A stretch of 64,000 nucleotides of DNA from Eutreptiella sp. 'Long Island Sound 2002' (lineage: Eukaryota; Protista; Euglenida): positions 129,146,001-129,210,000 of the forward strand of contig OZ038378.1 of assembly GCA_964036045.1 (NCBI GenBank), given 5' to 3'. Position numbers and translations under genes: made by a program. The notes beneath the pieces were generated by a model, which saw only the letters and a program-made list of their open reading frames with translations, was not told the origin of the DNA and did no database searches. How positions within the stretch are numbered: the stretch's first letter is position 1; each line of letters starts with the position of its first letter. Below are positions 11,301 through 23,900 of the stretch, one piece after another.

Positions 11301-14102
11301 TCACCCTCGGATAAGAAGCGGTCATCCGGGGACAAAAAGCGGGACAAGAAATGGAAAGAGTTCCAAGACTACCAAGCTGCACAGGCTAGAGCGCTAGTTC
11401 CCATTGGTGAAGCCACAACACCAGAACGCCCGCGCTTCCATCTCCGCCAGGCGAAGATGCCATGGGTGATGTGCACCTGGGCACGCCCGAAGCTCACTCA
11501 GCCCTTGTCGCATCATCCTCATCAACAGCTGCCGCTTCATCCTCATCACAGGCCCGTGAACCCACCGTTTGGAGCGCCCGATCAATTCCCCATGTCAAAG
11601 AATGCGGGAAAAGGGCAGAAGAATGCAAAAGGTGCACTGGGCGCCCTTGCCATCTCCAGGAACGGCAACGCCTCCTCGTGGAACAACAAGAAGAACGAAA
11701 GAGGTGTACCGTCAAAGAGATGACGGAACGCCAAAGGGGCGTGGAAGCCTGGCGACGTGGGACTGAGGGTATCCTCGCGCAAGAAGTGGCGCCCAGAGCC
11801 GAGGCCCTCAACGCCGAGCTGGTGCGGGAGATCGAAGAGCAAGAAGCGGAGAGAGAAGAAGCCGAACAAGCGGCAAGGATAGCAGCAGCACGGCGTGCCA
11901 AAAGGGAACAAGGGGCCGGACGCAAGCCACCACCTGGATGTGGAATTACTGAAGCGCCAACTTCGTGATCTGGCTGAAGAATATGGGCGTCGATTCCCAT
12001 CAGCCTCAAATCAACCGGCCACAGCTCCTGAGGACAACATGACCCTCGACGAAATTGATGTCAAGAGTTGGAGCACCGTCAGCGATGAAAGAAGCAAGGG
12101 GAAGAACAAAGGGAAGAACAAGACCAAGATGCGCACCAAGCTCCAACAGTCCGAGGAGGAGTACTACACGATGTGTGAGGGTCAGGACTTCTCTGACTTC
12201 CGGGGTCGAGCGGAGGTCATCATGAGCGCCGTGGCGGCAGGAGGTCAACCCCCAAGCGATCTGAGCTCGGATGGGAGTTCGTCCGACTCCAGGGGTGGAA
12301 GACCAGGAAGATTGCCTCCAGGAAGATTGCGAAGCCACTCCGACGAGTCCGATGACAGCGTGCGTATCCGAGTGCTTCCCGCACACCCGCGCGCGGGGCG
12401 ACTAGATCGAGAACAATTACACGATCGAAAGTTCCAAGACTTCATCGAGCGATGGTCAGCCATTGATTCGATCAAAGAAAGAGTGGAAGAGTTGGTGAAG
12501 GTCATCAAAAAGCTCGAGAAGGAAGCGGCCATCGCCAAGCAAGAGGTGGTCTGACTCACTGGTGTGGTAGATGAAGCCCCAAAAACCGGCACACAAGCAG
12601 TGGAAGAATCGAAGCGCCACGCGCAAGGCGCCACCTTGCTGCAAGATCGCCTCAATGCGCCCACCTCTGAAAGGCTAGAGGAGCATGGCGAAGTGCGTGG
12701 AGCCCACCCACAAGCACCACCACGCCACGGAGACGTTAAGCCCGCAGCGCCGTCGAGGGATCCGTACCGACAGCGGGAGGGATGGAATTATCCGTCCGGA
12801 ACACTCCCGATGACCAAGAGTCCGGGATCTTCCAGTCCAGTGCCGCACCCTCTGCAAGGTCTGGAAGAGTGTCGAGTACACCTCCAAGAGCGCCACCTCC
12901 GAGAAGATACCAAGCTGTGCCGCCGGCCGCTGGCTATCAATGGGTTCGCGTTCAAGGCAGGTGGCAGCGAGAGAAACTGCCGAGGATACAAGAACCCCAA
13001 GGAAATCCACGGTCGGCGAACCGTTATGAAGAGTTGCAGAGGTATGGACAGGAAGAAGAAGAGGATGACATCGACGTTAGCGACCGCAGTGGGGTAAGCT
13101 TGGAGGACATGATGGACCAAGATTTCGAAGGTCTCGCGCCTCCTTACACCGAGCTTGAAGAGGAGCGGGACATCGCCCACGACATGGACATTCATGCTGT
13201 GGGAACCCAAGCCGCGTATGGGAGAGACCGTGAACGATAAGGCCCTTGACGCGATTGGGAGCTCCGAGGTTTAGTGCCAAGATTGGCAAGCAGCTGACAG
13301 GGAGCCGCTGAATTAGAGGACACCCGTGATTTGGTTCCTCCTTGTTACAGCGGTGATCCGCGCACTCTCGACCACTTCTTCCGGGCATTGGATATTTTTG
13401 GCCTGCAGCTATGTGTTGGGATTGCGAGGTCAGACCGAGAGGAATATCTTTTCAATCGGTTTTGTTACCGCCTCCCAAAAGCCTTGCAGACTTTAACCTT
13501 GCAAGATTTGGCCGATCGAAAGATCAAGGGCTACAAGCAAGCCAAGAAGTGGCTCGAGCGGGAGAAAAGAGTCGACAATCAGGAACAAGCGTCCAAGCTA
13601 TCGAAAGCTGTAACTGTCGTACAAAATGGGAATGAAATCTTCCTATACGACTGGCAGGATTTCCAGCGAGAATACTACCTCAAACGCTCAAAGGTAGAGG
13701 ACTGGAATGAAAACGATGAACGCCGTCGTATCATGAAACTCTTCCCTTCCTCGTGGCGGAAAACAATTGTGAAGGAAGGGCACAGGCGGGCGAAGAATTC
13801 GTATACTGCGAAAATGATGGTACCAAGTACAGTTCACCGGAAAATCAAGAACTGGGTCCGCAAAAAGGTAACCACCAACGCAGTGTTCCAAATCTTGCAG
13901 AACGCACTCCTCGTGACAGTTGACACCAAACGTGAGTGGAACCTCGTTCAGCGCTTGGACAAATTTTCGTTGGACGGCCACACTCTCAACCTGCAACAGG
14001 TCCCTCGCCGCATGACGACCAACGAAGTATTTAAACTTGTTGGGGAAGAAGTGCGCAAAGAATACAAGGCGCATCATCAAGGCCGTGCCGTCGCATCGGC
14101 AG
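8369..14102 (+). mobile_element. Duplicated 5' portion of gypsy element B: LTR (8369-~10710, lacking its 3' end and PBS) plus gag fragments (10899-14102)
   Basis: Colinear with 18015-24095, with the same left flank (H + ATAC) and the same right breakpoint (gcatcggcag|aacaaaac). A ~365-bp deletion lies at 10710 relative to 20357-20721. Confidence 0.9.
10899..14102 (+). pseudogene. gag: gag-region pseudogene, copy A (fragmented ORFs 10899-11723, 11462-11968, 11895-12554, 12782-13240, 13331-14116)
   Basis: Paralogous to 20910-24095; capsid-like VPPCYSGDPRTLDHFFRALDIF...YKQAKKWLER at 13331 onward. Confidence 0.7.
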
Positions 14103-14700
14103 AACAAAACATGTGAAAACAACAGGTAGGTAGGTAGGTAGGTATCTTCGGGAGCTCGGGATGCCTCCTTTGACGGTGCAGGAAGAAGGTCTTACCAAGG
14201 GGACGTCCTGTCCCTCCCACTGCCCTATGTTAGGTGCCTCTTGAGCCGCTCCCGCATGTGCTTGGGAAGGCATTGTCGCGGCCACCCGGTCCATGTGTCC
14301 CAGGTGGGAGGGTGTCCCCACATGTGTCCATGAGTAGGGCCACATGCCCCCTCCTTCGGGCGGCAGCTCTGGGGGCTGCCCAGCCGTGTGGAGTATCTCT
14401 CACCACAAGGGGTCTTGCTCCCGCTTGTCTACGGTACGACCGCCTCACCCTTGTGGCTTGAGTTGCGGGGCCGCTCCGCTTGGCAGGCGACCCCCTCCTG
14501 GACTGTGTACCGGCTCGCCTGTCACCGGTTGCATCCATGGCTCCGGGTGACGTTTGCCATGGTCCCCGATGCAGCCTGGCCGGGCTCGGACCAGCTGCCT
14601 TGGAGTACCGCTCCTGCCACTGGCCCGGTGGGTCGGCTGGGTCGCCCCAGTGTGTCCGACCCATGGGGTGTTGGTTCTTTCCTGTCCCCCGGCCGCCCTA

Positions 14701-16601
14701 CGTGTGTGCGGCGTCCTGGGCCTGCCGGCTCCTGTTCACCGGTGTGCCTGCTCGGTGTGTTGTGTTGCGTGTGCGGCGTCCTGGGCCTCCCGGCTCCTGT
14801 TCACCGGTGTGCCCGCTCGGTGTGGTGTGTTGCGTGTGCGGCGTCCTGGGCCTCCCGGCTCCTGTTCACCGGTGCGCCCGCTCGGTGTGTTGTGTTGCGT
14901 GTGCGGCGTCCTGGGCCTCCCGGCTCCTGTTCACCGGTGCGCCCGCTCGGTGTGTTGTGTGGCGTGTGCGGCGTCCTGGGCCTCCCGGCTCCTGTTCACC
15001 GTTGTGCCCGCTCGGTGTGTTGTGTTGCGTGTGCGGCGTCCTGGGCCTCCCGGCTCCTGTTCACCGGTGCGCCCGCTCGGTGTGTTGTGTTGCGTGTGCG
15101 GCGTCCTGGGCCTCCCGGCTCCTGTTCACCGGTGTGCCCGCTCGGTGTGTTGTGTTGCGTGTGCGGCGTCCTGGGCCTCCCGGCTCCTGTTCACCGGTGC
15201 GCCCGCTCGGTGTGTTGTGTTGCGTGTGCGGTGTCCTGGGCCTCCCGGCTCCTGTTCACCGGTGTGCCCGCTCGGTGTGTTGTGTTGCGTGTGCGGCGTC
15301 CTGGGCCTCCCGGCTCCTGTTCACCGCTGTACCCGCTCGGTGTGTTGTGCTGCGTGTGCGGCGTCCTGGGCCTCCCGGCTCCTGTCCACCGGTGTGCCCG
15401 CTCGCCGTGTTGTGTTGCGTGTGCGGCGTCCTGGGCCTCCCGGCTCCTGTTCACCGGTGTGCCCGCTCGGTGTGTTGTGTTGCTTGTGCGGCGTCCTGGG
15501 CCTCCCGGCTCCTGTTCACCGGTGTGCCTGCTCGGTGTGTTGTGTTGCGTGTGCGGCGTCCTGGGCCTCCCGGCTCCTGTTCACCGGTGCGCCCGCTCGG
15601 TGTGTTGTGTTGCGTGTGCGGCGTCCTGGGCCTCCCGGCTCCTGTTCACCGGTGCGCCTGCTCGGTGTGGTGTGTTGTGTTGCGTGTGCGGCGTCCTGGG
15701 CCTCCCGGCTCCTGTTCACCGGTGTGCCCGCTCGGTGTGTTGTGTTGCGTGTGCGGCGTCCTGGGCCTCCCGGCTCCTGTCCACCGGTGTGCCCGCTCGC
15801 CGTGTTGTGTTGCGTGTGCGGCGTCCTGGGCCTCCCGGCTCCTGTTCACCGGTGTGCCCGTTCGGTGTGTTGTGTTGCGTGTGCGGTGTCTTGGGCCTCC
15901 CGGCTCCTGTTCACCGGTGTGCCCGCTCGGTGTGTTGTGTTGCGTGTGCGGCGTCCTGGGCCTCCCGGCTCCTGTTCACCGGTGTGCCTGCTCGGTGTGT
16001 TGTGTTGCGTGTGCGGCGTCCTGGGCCTCCCTGCTCCCGTTCACCGGTGCGCCCGCTCGGTGTGTTGTGTTGCGTGTGCGGCGTCCTGGGCCTCCCGGCT
16101 CCTGTTCACCGGTGCGCCCGCTCGGTGTGTTGTGTTGTGTTGCGTGGTGCGTCCTGGGCCTCCCGGCTCCTGTTCACCGGTGTGCCCGCTCGGTGTGTTG
16201 TGTTGCGTGTGCGGCGTCCTGGGCCTCCCGGCTCCTGTTCACCGGTGTGCCCGCTCGGTGTGTTGTGTTGCGTGTGCGGTGTCCTGGGCCTCCCGGCTCC
16301 TGTTCACCGGTGCGCCCGCTCGGTGTGTTGTGTTGCGTGTGCGGCGTCCTGGGCCTCCCGGCTCCTGTTCACCGGTGCGCCTGCTCGGTGTGGTGTGTTG
16401 TGTTGCGTGTGCAGCGTCCTGGGCCTCCCGGCTCCTGTTCACCGGTGTGCCCGCTCGGTGTGTTGTGTTGCGTGTGCGGCGTCCTGGGCCTCCCGGCTCC
16501 TGTTCACCGGCGTGCCCGCTCGGTGTGTTGTGTTGCGTGTGCGGCGTCCTGGGCCTCCCGGCTCCTGTTCACCGGTGTGCCCGCTCGGTGTGTTGTGTTG
16601 C
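14701..16601. repeat. 65-bp GC-rich tandem array, ~29 copies
   Basis: Unit CTCGGTGTGTTGTGTTGCGTGTGCGGCGTCCTGGGCCTCCCGGCTCCTGTTCACCGGTGYGCCCG (starts at 14751, 14816, 14881, 14946...). Three units carry small GTGTT-type expansions. Confidence 0.97.
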
Positions 16602-16621
16602 TGTGTGGGGTGCCGCTGCGG

Positions 16622-16835
16622 GGCGCTCACTCGTCCATCTGGACGGCGGCTATCGTAGCCGGCAAGGGCTGGGTACCCTCTTGGCGCACACACGTCCATC
16701 CGGACGGCGGCTGTTCGTAGCCGGCAGGGGCTGGGTACCCTCCGGGCGCGCACTCGGCCATCCGGACGGCGGCTGTTCGTTGCCGGCAGGGGTTGGGTAC
16801 CCTCCGGGCGCGCACTCGTCCATCCGGACGGCGGC
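16622..16835. repeat. 62-bp tandem repeat, ~3.5 copies, each with short hairpins
   Basis: Units start at 16622, 16683, 16745 and 16807: ggcgcrcactcgtccatccggacggcggctgttcgtagccggcaggggctgggtaccctccg. Confidence 0.9.
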
Positions 16836-17474
16836 TGGCGTGCGTGTGCTTGCTCTTTGTGGCCGGGTCGGGCGGGCCGGCCTCCCGGGTGCGTTGTGGT
16901 GCGCCTCACCTTTTCCTTTGGCCGCTTTGTCTTTCTGCTTTGCTTGGCCCCCTCCGGGCTGGGGTTGCCCCCCGCTCTCTTGCTGCCCTTGCCGTTCCTC
17001 GTTGCCTTGGCGCCGTGCTTTGGTTGTTTTTCTCGGCCTCCCGCTGCCTGCCTCTTCGTGCGCTCGCGCGTCGTTTGTGTCTCCTGCTTGGCCGTTGGCT
17101 GCTTTTTGGTGGTTTCTCCCCCCACCCCCTCCCTTTTTGTGTCTCGGTGTTTTCGTCGCTCCTGCTTGGTGCCTTGGTGTTGTTTTTTTTTTTTTTTTTT
17201 TCTTCCCCTTCCTCAGCTGTGCGCCCCCGCTGTCTCCGGCTTTCTCTGGTTTCCGGCCCCGGGTGCCCTGGGCCTCGGCGCTGTGCGTTGTTTGCTTTGT
17301 TGGCCTTCCGCCTCTCGGCTCTCCGTGCGCTTGTCCCTCTTTCGTGCTTTCCGCCTGGCTGGTGCTTGCTCCCCGTCGGTTGCTGCCCCCCCCCCCCCCC
17401 CCCTTTTGTCTCGCGGTTTTCGTCGCTGCCGCTCGGTGCTGTGTGCCGTGTGCCCCGTTGTGGTGTGCGTCCTT

Positions 17475-18014
17475 CGAAAACAACAAGACATGTGTAAGGC
17501 CCATTGGCTGTCAAAGCCTACCCTAGTGGGGGGGCCGTCACTCTCCACTCCCGGCACTACAGGACCCCAAAAACAGGGGTCTAGTGCCTACTCTCCATCC
17601 TCCCTGAATAGGTCAGCTCAACTCCCTTGGGGCAGGCGATAGTCCCACCACACCACGGTAGGGTGGGGGCCCCGGGTGCCGATAAGACTTAGGCCCCAGA
17701 TATTCTGTCGAAGAGGCGGTAAATTCGTATATCACCCATACCACCTCAGGATTCCAAACTCAAAAGGAAAAAAGGGTAGTTGGGAGTAGCCAAGACCTCG
17801 ACCCTGACACGCGTAGATTGGCAGGACCCAACTGCACACAGGCTCTGAGACGTAGCAGGGCAAGAAAACAAAAAAACTTAAAATAAGAGGTTACCGATTT
17901 CAACACACTCTCCCGCCAAGGCAAGAAGGACTCGAAGGATTCCATGTGGGCACATTCAAAGGGCATCAGTCAAACATTATGCCCACCAGATATCCAAGTA
18001 TGTCTCCCTGATGC
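17475..18014 (-). repeat. H-derived segment at the junction between duplicated units (starts 14103-14124, split by the 14125-17474 insertion)
   Basis: Matches 7817-8368, ending ccctgATGC directly before the LTR start tgacgcg. Confidence 0.85.
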
Positions 18015-20591
18015 TGACGCGTATCCCATGCCCTCCCCCCTCAATGGCTTTGTCTTTCATGGTATCTAACCCAATCTGCTTCCTGGTCTTATGCCGTGTG
18101 CCACTGTGCAGCCATTCAGCCGACAGTTTCTGTTTGTATTAATTTCATGCAATTTCGGGCATAGAAATTCAGGAATTTTATTATGGAATTGCTTCTTAGT
18201 CAAGGGGATAGATATTGATGCCCTCCAGAAAATCTATTGAGGCCTGTCCGCGCGCGCGTGCTCGCCTGGTGCTCCGGTTGTGTGCGCGTGCTCCCTGCTG
18301 CTCGGCCGGTGCTTTAATGCAGGCCGAGTGACTGAAAGCTCTTCTGAACGGGTGCTAATAGTGTTAGCTCTATCCTGTTACCGAAATGAATACCGGCCAG
18401 AAGCTAGGGTGACTCCAGTGGAAGATGGGAGGCCCGGGGTCAAAGATCTGGCTGGAGCCTGGTGTGGTTCGATCTGCCCACACCGGCGGTTGGTCAACGA
18501 CTGGTACACGTTAATGGGCGCATCTGCTTCGGCAGTGCCACACCTACGTGTATGGGGGATCACGAGTACCTGGAAGCTGGAGGAGTCCTAGTGGAAGAGG
18601 GGTGGAAGTGGAAGTGGCTGAGGTAGAAGCACTGGAACAGAAGAAAGTACATCGTTCGTTGCTCCGCAATCCGCAAGTGAACTCTTCTTCTTCTTCTTGT
18701 GCTTTGGTTTGTCAGTTTTCCACGTCCCTCGGTTGAGTTCCTCACCCAACTTCTTTATCCTATGTTGCAATGGACATTGTTTTCTTTGAATACTCACAAG
18801 TGTATGAATCATTGAACTCACTGTTTTGTACATTAGCTCCATTCATGCTTTGTGTTCATTACAGGAAGGTCAACAAGCATGCTTGAGTGTTGGACGAATG
18901 TCTCTTTTGATGATGCAATACATTTGGTTGCATGGTCACAGTCATTCATCTTATTAATTCAAGTGACCTTTGCAAGTGTGGTGCTACGGTGCTTGGTCAG
19001 GTTCACTTCAGCATGTCATGTGTTGGTTCATTGCTTGTTTGTTGATAAAGATCATTGAGTCGCGATTGCTTTCTTCCTGGATTTTGTGCCAATTGCCTCT
19101 AAGGAGATTGCCCAAGTTTTTTGCTACTCTTGATGAGGAGGTAATTTTGTGAAGTGCTTTGAGGAGAATGTTTTGGAGCATCCTTTGCACTTTGTGTCCA
19201 TTTGAGATCCGTATCTCCCTAACCGCATGCCTTTTCAAGAAGCAGGTGGATTCTTTGCAATCAGGTTGAACCCTGTGAGAGTGTAGACTAAGGGTTTGCC
19301 TTCGGTACAACACGTCAAGGGTATCTTCTCTTGGAAGCCGGTTGGAGATGTGGTCTGCCCATGTTGTAGTCAGATTCTTCGTTCCTTTGACCGTTGCCGT
19401 GTGGTTGACCAAGCGCCCAACTTTCCCTCAGGGTCGAGGTCGCGTCTCTAACTGAGGTGAACTTGGGACCCTCCCTCTCCATATGGGGTGCAAGGCAATC
19501 GGCTCTCTCCTTCCAAGTGGTTAGGCAACCTCCTCTCCTCTTGGAATAGGGACCCTCCCCTCTCCTCTGGGGAAAGGGACACTCTCTTCTTCGGATAGGG
19601 TTACTCTCCTCTCCTCTTGGGATAGGGACATCCTACTCCGGCCAGGGATAGTGATTCTCTTCTCCACCCGGGATAGGGACATTGTCCTCTCCCCGTTGGA
19701 TAGAGACTCTCTTGTCTCCCTGTGACAGGGACTCCATGGATGTGCTCTCATTGGACCCGGGATATCTCTCTTTGTGCACTCACTCTGCGGGCCGGGTGTA
19801 GGTCTCTACATGTGACCCGGGGCATTTGCTTATCCAATTCTCCTACCCAATCTCTCTCCAAGTGCATGCTCTCATGCGTCATCGTTAGGCAAAATCCTCT
19901 TTCCATACACATGCTCTCCTGGATTGGGTTATGCGAAGGTCGAGCTGTTCGGGGCATGGATTGGTGAAGGTCTCTCCTAGGGCAATATATATGTGCCCTC
20001 ATGAGGCGGGACTCCCTCTCTTCGGGATAGGACAATCTCCCCATGCATATACTTTCACGGTTGTTCGAGTATACATTCTCTGGGGATTTGGTTGGGGAAT
20101 GGAGGTGCCATGGGATGAGATTGGGAGGTATTGGGGAACCAGGTCCGTGTGGGACTAGGAAGAAACCCCGGAGGATCTCTTGGTTGTTGCTGCATTGTTT
20201 TGGGATGCTTTGGTGTGATCAAGTATAATCTTTCCATCTCCGTCCATGCATTGAGCACGTGGGATTCCAGGTCTCCCGAGGGTATGAGATCAATTAATTT
20301 TTGAGGTCATGTTCTCCATGGTTGCATGTGCATGCTCGCGGATGACCATGACCTTCAAGACCATTGAAAGGTTGAGCATTTTCGTTTTAGCTAAATATCG
20401 CTGACTGCTTTGTATGTCATTGGGTTTTGGTGTACATACTTTTGTCTTCTTTTATGTTAGGCGGCAAAGGTTGTACGTTTGTTTATGTATTGCTGCAAAG
20501 CGGTCAAGATGTGGATTCTGATTGACTGTCAATGCTTTGATTTTGTGCAGCCGCGTGCCTAGGGAAGGACCACCCCCTAGGACACTCCTCA
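18015..20591 (+). repeat. 5' LTR of element B (~2.58 kb)
   Basis: Homologous to 31903-33090 + 40909-42337 and to 8369-10710; TG...CA ends. Confidence 0.9.
19530..19730. repeat. Degenerate short repeats inside the LTR (ctctcctc / ttgggatagggac modules); also at ~9885-10085 and ~41235-41435
   Basis: Recurrent GGGATAGGGAC and CTCTCCTC blocks at ~20-30-bp spacing in all three LTR copies. Confidence 0.7.
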
Positions 20592-20603
20592 AAACCAACG
20601 TAC
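20592..20603 (+). promoter_or_regulatory. Primer-binding-site position; not a tRNA-type PBS, candidate self-priming site
   Basis: AAACCAACGTAC abuts the LTR end and lacks a TGG start. Its reverse complement GTACGTTGGTTT matches GTACGTTTGTTT at 20473-20484 (11/12). Confidence 0.45.
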
Positions 20604-20909
20604 CCGACGTGAACGCGTTCAATGCCGTCGGTGGTGAACAACTCGTTGAGTAACGAGTACTCGGTTGCTGGGCATAGGGCTCGGGACCGTTGCGGTACGG
20701 CCTCTGCGCCGCCGTGCTGTCGAGAAGATGGTGCCTGTTGTCTGACGAGGACACCGTCTACACCACCGGGCAAGTGAGTGCATCTCCTTGCTGGCGTCCT
20801 CTGCCTCAACAGCACACCCTTCTGTTTCTCCCGTGGTCAGAGATCAAGGCTTTCCGCGCCTGCACCTAGACTTCTCTAGGTACGAGTCCAAGAACTCCTC
20901 CGAGACGCC

Positions 20910-23900
20910 ATGGTCAATTGGCAGCAAGAGGGCAAGACCTAGACAAGGCCCCATCCCCTTGCGGTAGGATTACTGCAAGGGCTGATATGGGAGCAGCATT
21001 ACCGCCACTCCATCCCCCAATGTGAGGGCGGTTTCCCCGAAACCTTCGAGTTGAGGGAAGACTTGGGGGCCGATCGCCTGCAAACCCTTGCAAATTGGCT
21101 GCAGGTGGAAGGTTATGGCTACCGTTTCCGCCAAAGAAGGTGGCGGGTATGGAGGCTGAACCCCAGGGCCGGGGAAGGGCTGTGCCCGGATGCGTATGAG
21201 GACGAGGTCCACGACAACGAGTATAGGCCCGGCCAAAGGATCAACGTTTCCATTTTGGACGTGATCGAAAAAGAGTTCCGCGAACCAGGACAAGAACGCA
21301 AACTGCGTAAGTCACCCTCGGATAAGAAGCGGTCATCCGGGGACAAAAAGCGGGACAAGAAATGGAAAGAGCTCCAAGAACACCCAGCTGCCCAGGCTAG
21401 AGCGCTAGTTCCCATCTGTGCAGCCACAACACCAGACTGCCCGCGCTCCCCAGCTACCCCAGGCAAGGATGCCATGGGTGATGTGCACCTGGGCACGCCC
21501 GAAGCTCACTCAGCCCTTGCCGCATCATCCTCATCAACGGCTGCCGCTTCATCCTCACCACAGGCCCGTGAACCCACCGTCTGGAGCGCCCGATCAATTC
21601 CCCATGTCAAAGAATGCGGGAAAAGGGCAGAAGAATGCGAGAGGTGCACTGGGCGCCCTTGCCATCTCCAGGAACGGCAACGCCTCCTCGTGAAACAACG
21701 AGAAGAACGAAAGAGGTGTACCTTCAAAGTGATGACGGAACGCCAAAGGGGCTTGGAAGCCTGGCGACGTGGGATTGAGGAGATCCACGCGCAAGAAGTG
21801 GCGCAAAGAGCCGAGGCCCTCAACGCCGAGCTGGTGCGGGAGATCGAAGAGCAAGAAGCGGAGAAAGAAGAAGCGGAACAAGCGGCAAGGATAGCAGCAG
21901 CACGGGGTTCCGAAAGGGAACAAGGGGCGGACGCAGGCCACCACTTGGATGTGGAATTACTGAAGCACCCACTTCGTGATCTGGCTGAAGAATATGGGCG
22001 TCGATTCTCATCAGCCTCAGATCCACCGGCCACAGCTCCTGAGGACAACATGACCCTCGACGACAATGAGTCAAGAGTTGGAGCACCGTGAGCGATGAAA
22101 GAAGCAAGGGGAAGAACAAAGGGAGGAACAAGGGGAACATGCGCGCCAAGCTCCAACAGTCCGAGGAGGAGTACTACACGATGTGTGAGGGTCAGGACTT
22201 CTCTGACTTCCGGGGTCGACCTGAGGTCATCGTGAGCGCTGTGGCGGCAGAAGGTCAACCCCCAAGCGATCTTAGCTCGGATGGGAGTTCGTTGGACTCC
22301 ACGGGTGGACGACCGAAAAGATTGCCTCCAAGAGGATCGCAAAGCCACTCCGACGAGTCTGATGACAGCGTGCGTATCCGAGTGCTTCCCGGACACCCGC
22401 GCGCGGAGCGACTAGATCAAGAACAATTACACAATCGAAAGTCCCAAGGGTTCATCGAGCGATGGTCAGCCATTGTTCGGATCAAAGAAAGAGTGGAAGA
22501 GTTGGAGAAGGTCATCAAGAAGCTGGAGAAGGAAGCGGCCATCGCCAAGCAAGAGGTGGTCCGACTCACTGGTGTGGTAGGTGAAGCCCCAAAAACCAGC
22601 ACACAAGCAGTGGAAGAATCGAAGCGCCACGCGCAAGGCGCCACCTCGCTGCAAGATTGCCTCGATGCGCTCACCTCCGAAAGACTAGAGGAGCATGGCG
22701 AAGTGCGTGAACCCCGCCAACAAGCAACACCACACCGCGGAGATGTTAAGCCCGCAGCGCCGTCGGGATCCGTACCGACAGCGGGAGAGATGGAATTATC
22801 CGTCACAAACGCTCCCGATGACCAAGAGTCTGGGATCTCCCAGTCCAGTGCCGCACCCTTTGCAAGGTCTGGAAGAGTGTCAAGTACACCTCCAAGAGCG
22901 CCACCTCCGAGAGGATACCAAGCTGTGCCGCCGGCCGCTGGCTATCAATGGGTTCGCGTCCAAGGCAAATGGCAGCGAGAGAGACTGCTGAGGATACAAG
23001 AACCCCAAGGAAATCCACGGTCGGCGAACCGTAATGAAGAGTTGCAGCGGTATAGACTGGAAGAAGAAGACGATGACATCGACGTTAGCGACTGCAGTCA
23101 GGTAAGCTTGGAGGACATGATGGACCAAGAGTTCGAAGGTCTCGCGCCTCCCTACACCGAGCTCGAAGAGGAGCGGGACATGGCCCACGACATGAACATT
23201 CATGCCGTGGGAACCCAAGCCGCGTATGGAAGAGACCGTGAACGATACGGCCCTCGACGCGATTGGGAGCTCCGAGGTTGAGTGTCAATATTGGCAGGCA
23301 GCTGACCGGGAGCCGCTGAATTAGAGGACAACGGTGATTTGGTTCCTCCTCGTTACAGCGGTGATCCGCTCACTCTCGACCACTTCTTCCGGGCATTGGA
23401 TATTTTTGTCCTGCAGCTATCTGTTGGGATGGCGAGGTCAGACCGAGAGGAATATCTTTTCAAACGGTTTTGTTACCGCCTCCAAAAGGCCTTGCAGACT
23501 TTAAACTTGCAAGATTTGGCCTATGGAAAAATCAAGTGCTACAAGCAAGCCAAGAAGTGGCTCGAGCGGGAAAAAGGAGTCGACAATCAGGAACAAGCGT
23601 CCAAGCTATCGAAAGCTGTCACTCTCGTACACAACGGGAATAAAATCTTCCTATACGACTGGCGGGATTTCCAGCGAGAATACTACCTCAAACGCTCAAA
23701 GGTAGAGGACTGGAATGAAAACGATGAATGCCGGTGTATCATGAACCTCTTCCCTTCCTTGTGGCGGAAAACAATTGTGAAGGAAGGGCACAGGCTGGCG
23801 AAGAATTCGTATACTGCGAAAATGATGGTACCAAGTACAGTTCACCGGAAAATCAAGGAGTGGGTCCGCAAGAAGGTAACCGCCAACGCAGTGTTCCAAA

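Larger units (their letters stand above)
14125..17474 (-). mobile_element. Non-LTR-type retroposed insertion with (TACC)n 3' tail; non-coding in this copy
   Basis: (ggta)5 at 14125-14144. TSD (c/t)gaaaacaaca at 14114-14124 and 17475-17485; the empty site cgaaaacaacaagacatgg is seen at 7817-7835. The 3' end resembles 43180-43330. Confidence 0.85.

Noticed and set aside
14701-16601. CRISPR-like appearance of the regular array
   Set aside because: Units are contiguous with no unique spacers, there are no cas genes, and the context is eukaryotic.
14388-17526. Three overlapping 746-990-aa Cys/Arg/Pro-rich ORFs
   Set aside because: They arise because the 65-bp unit has no plus-strand stop. All three frames give the same cycling peptide and they are antisense to the host insertion.
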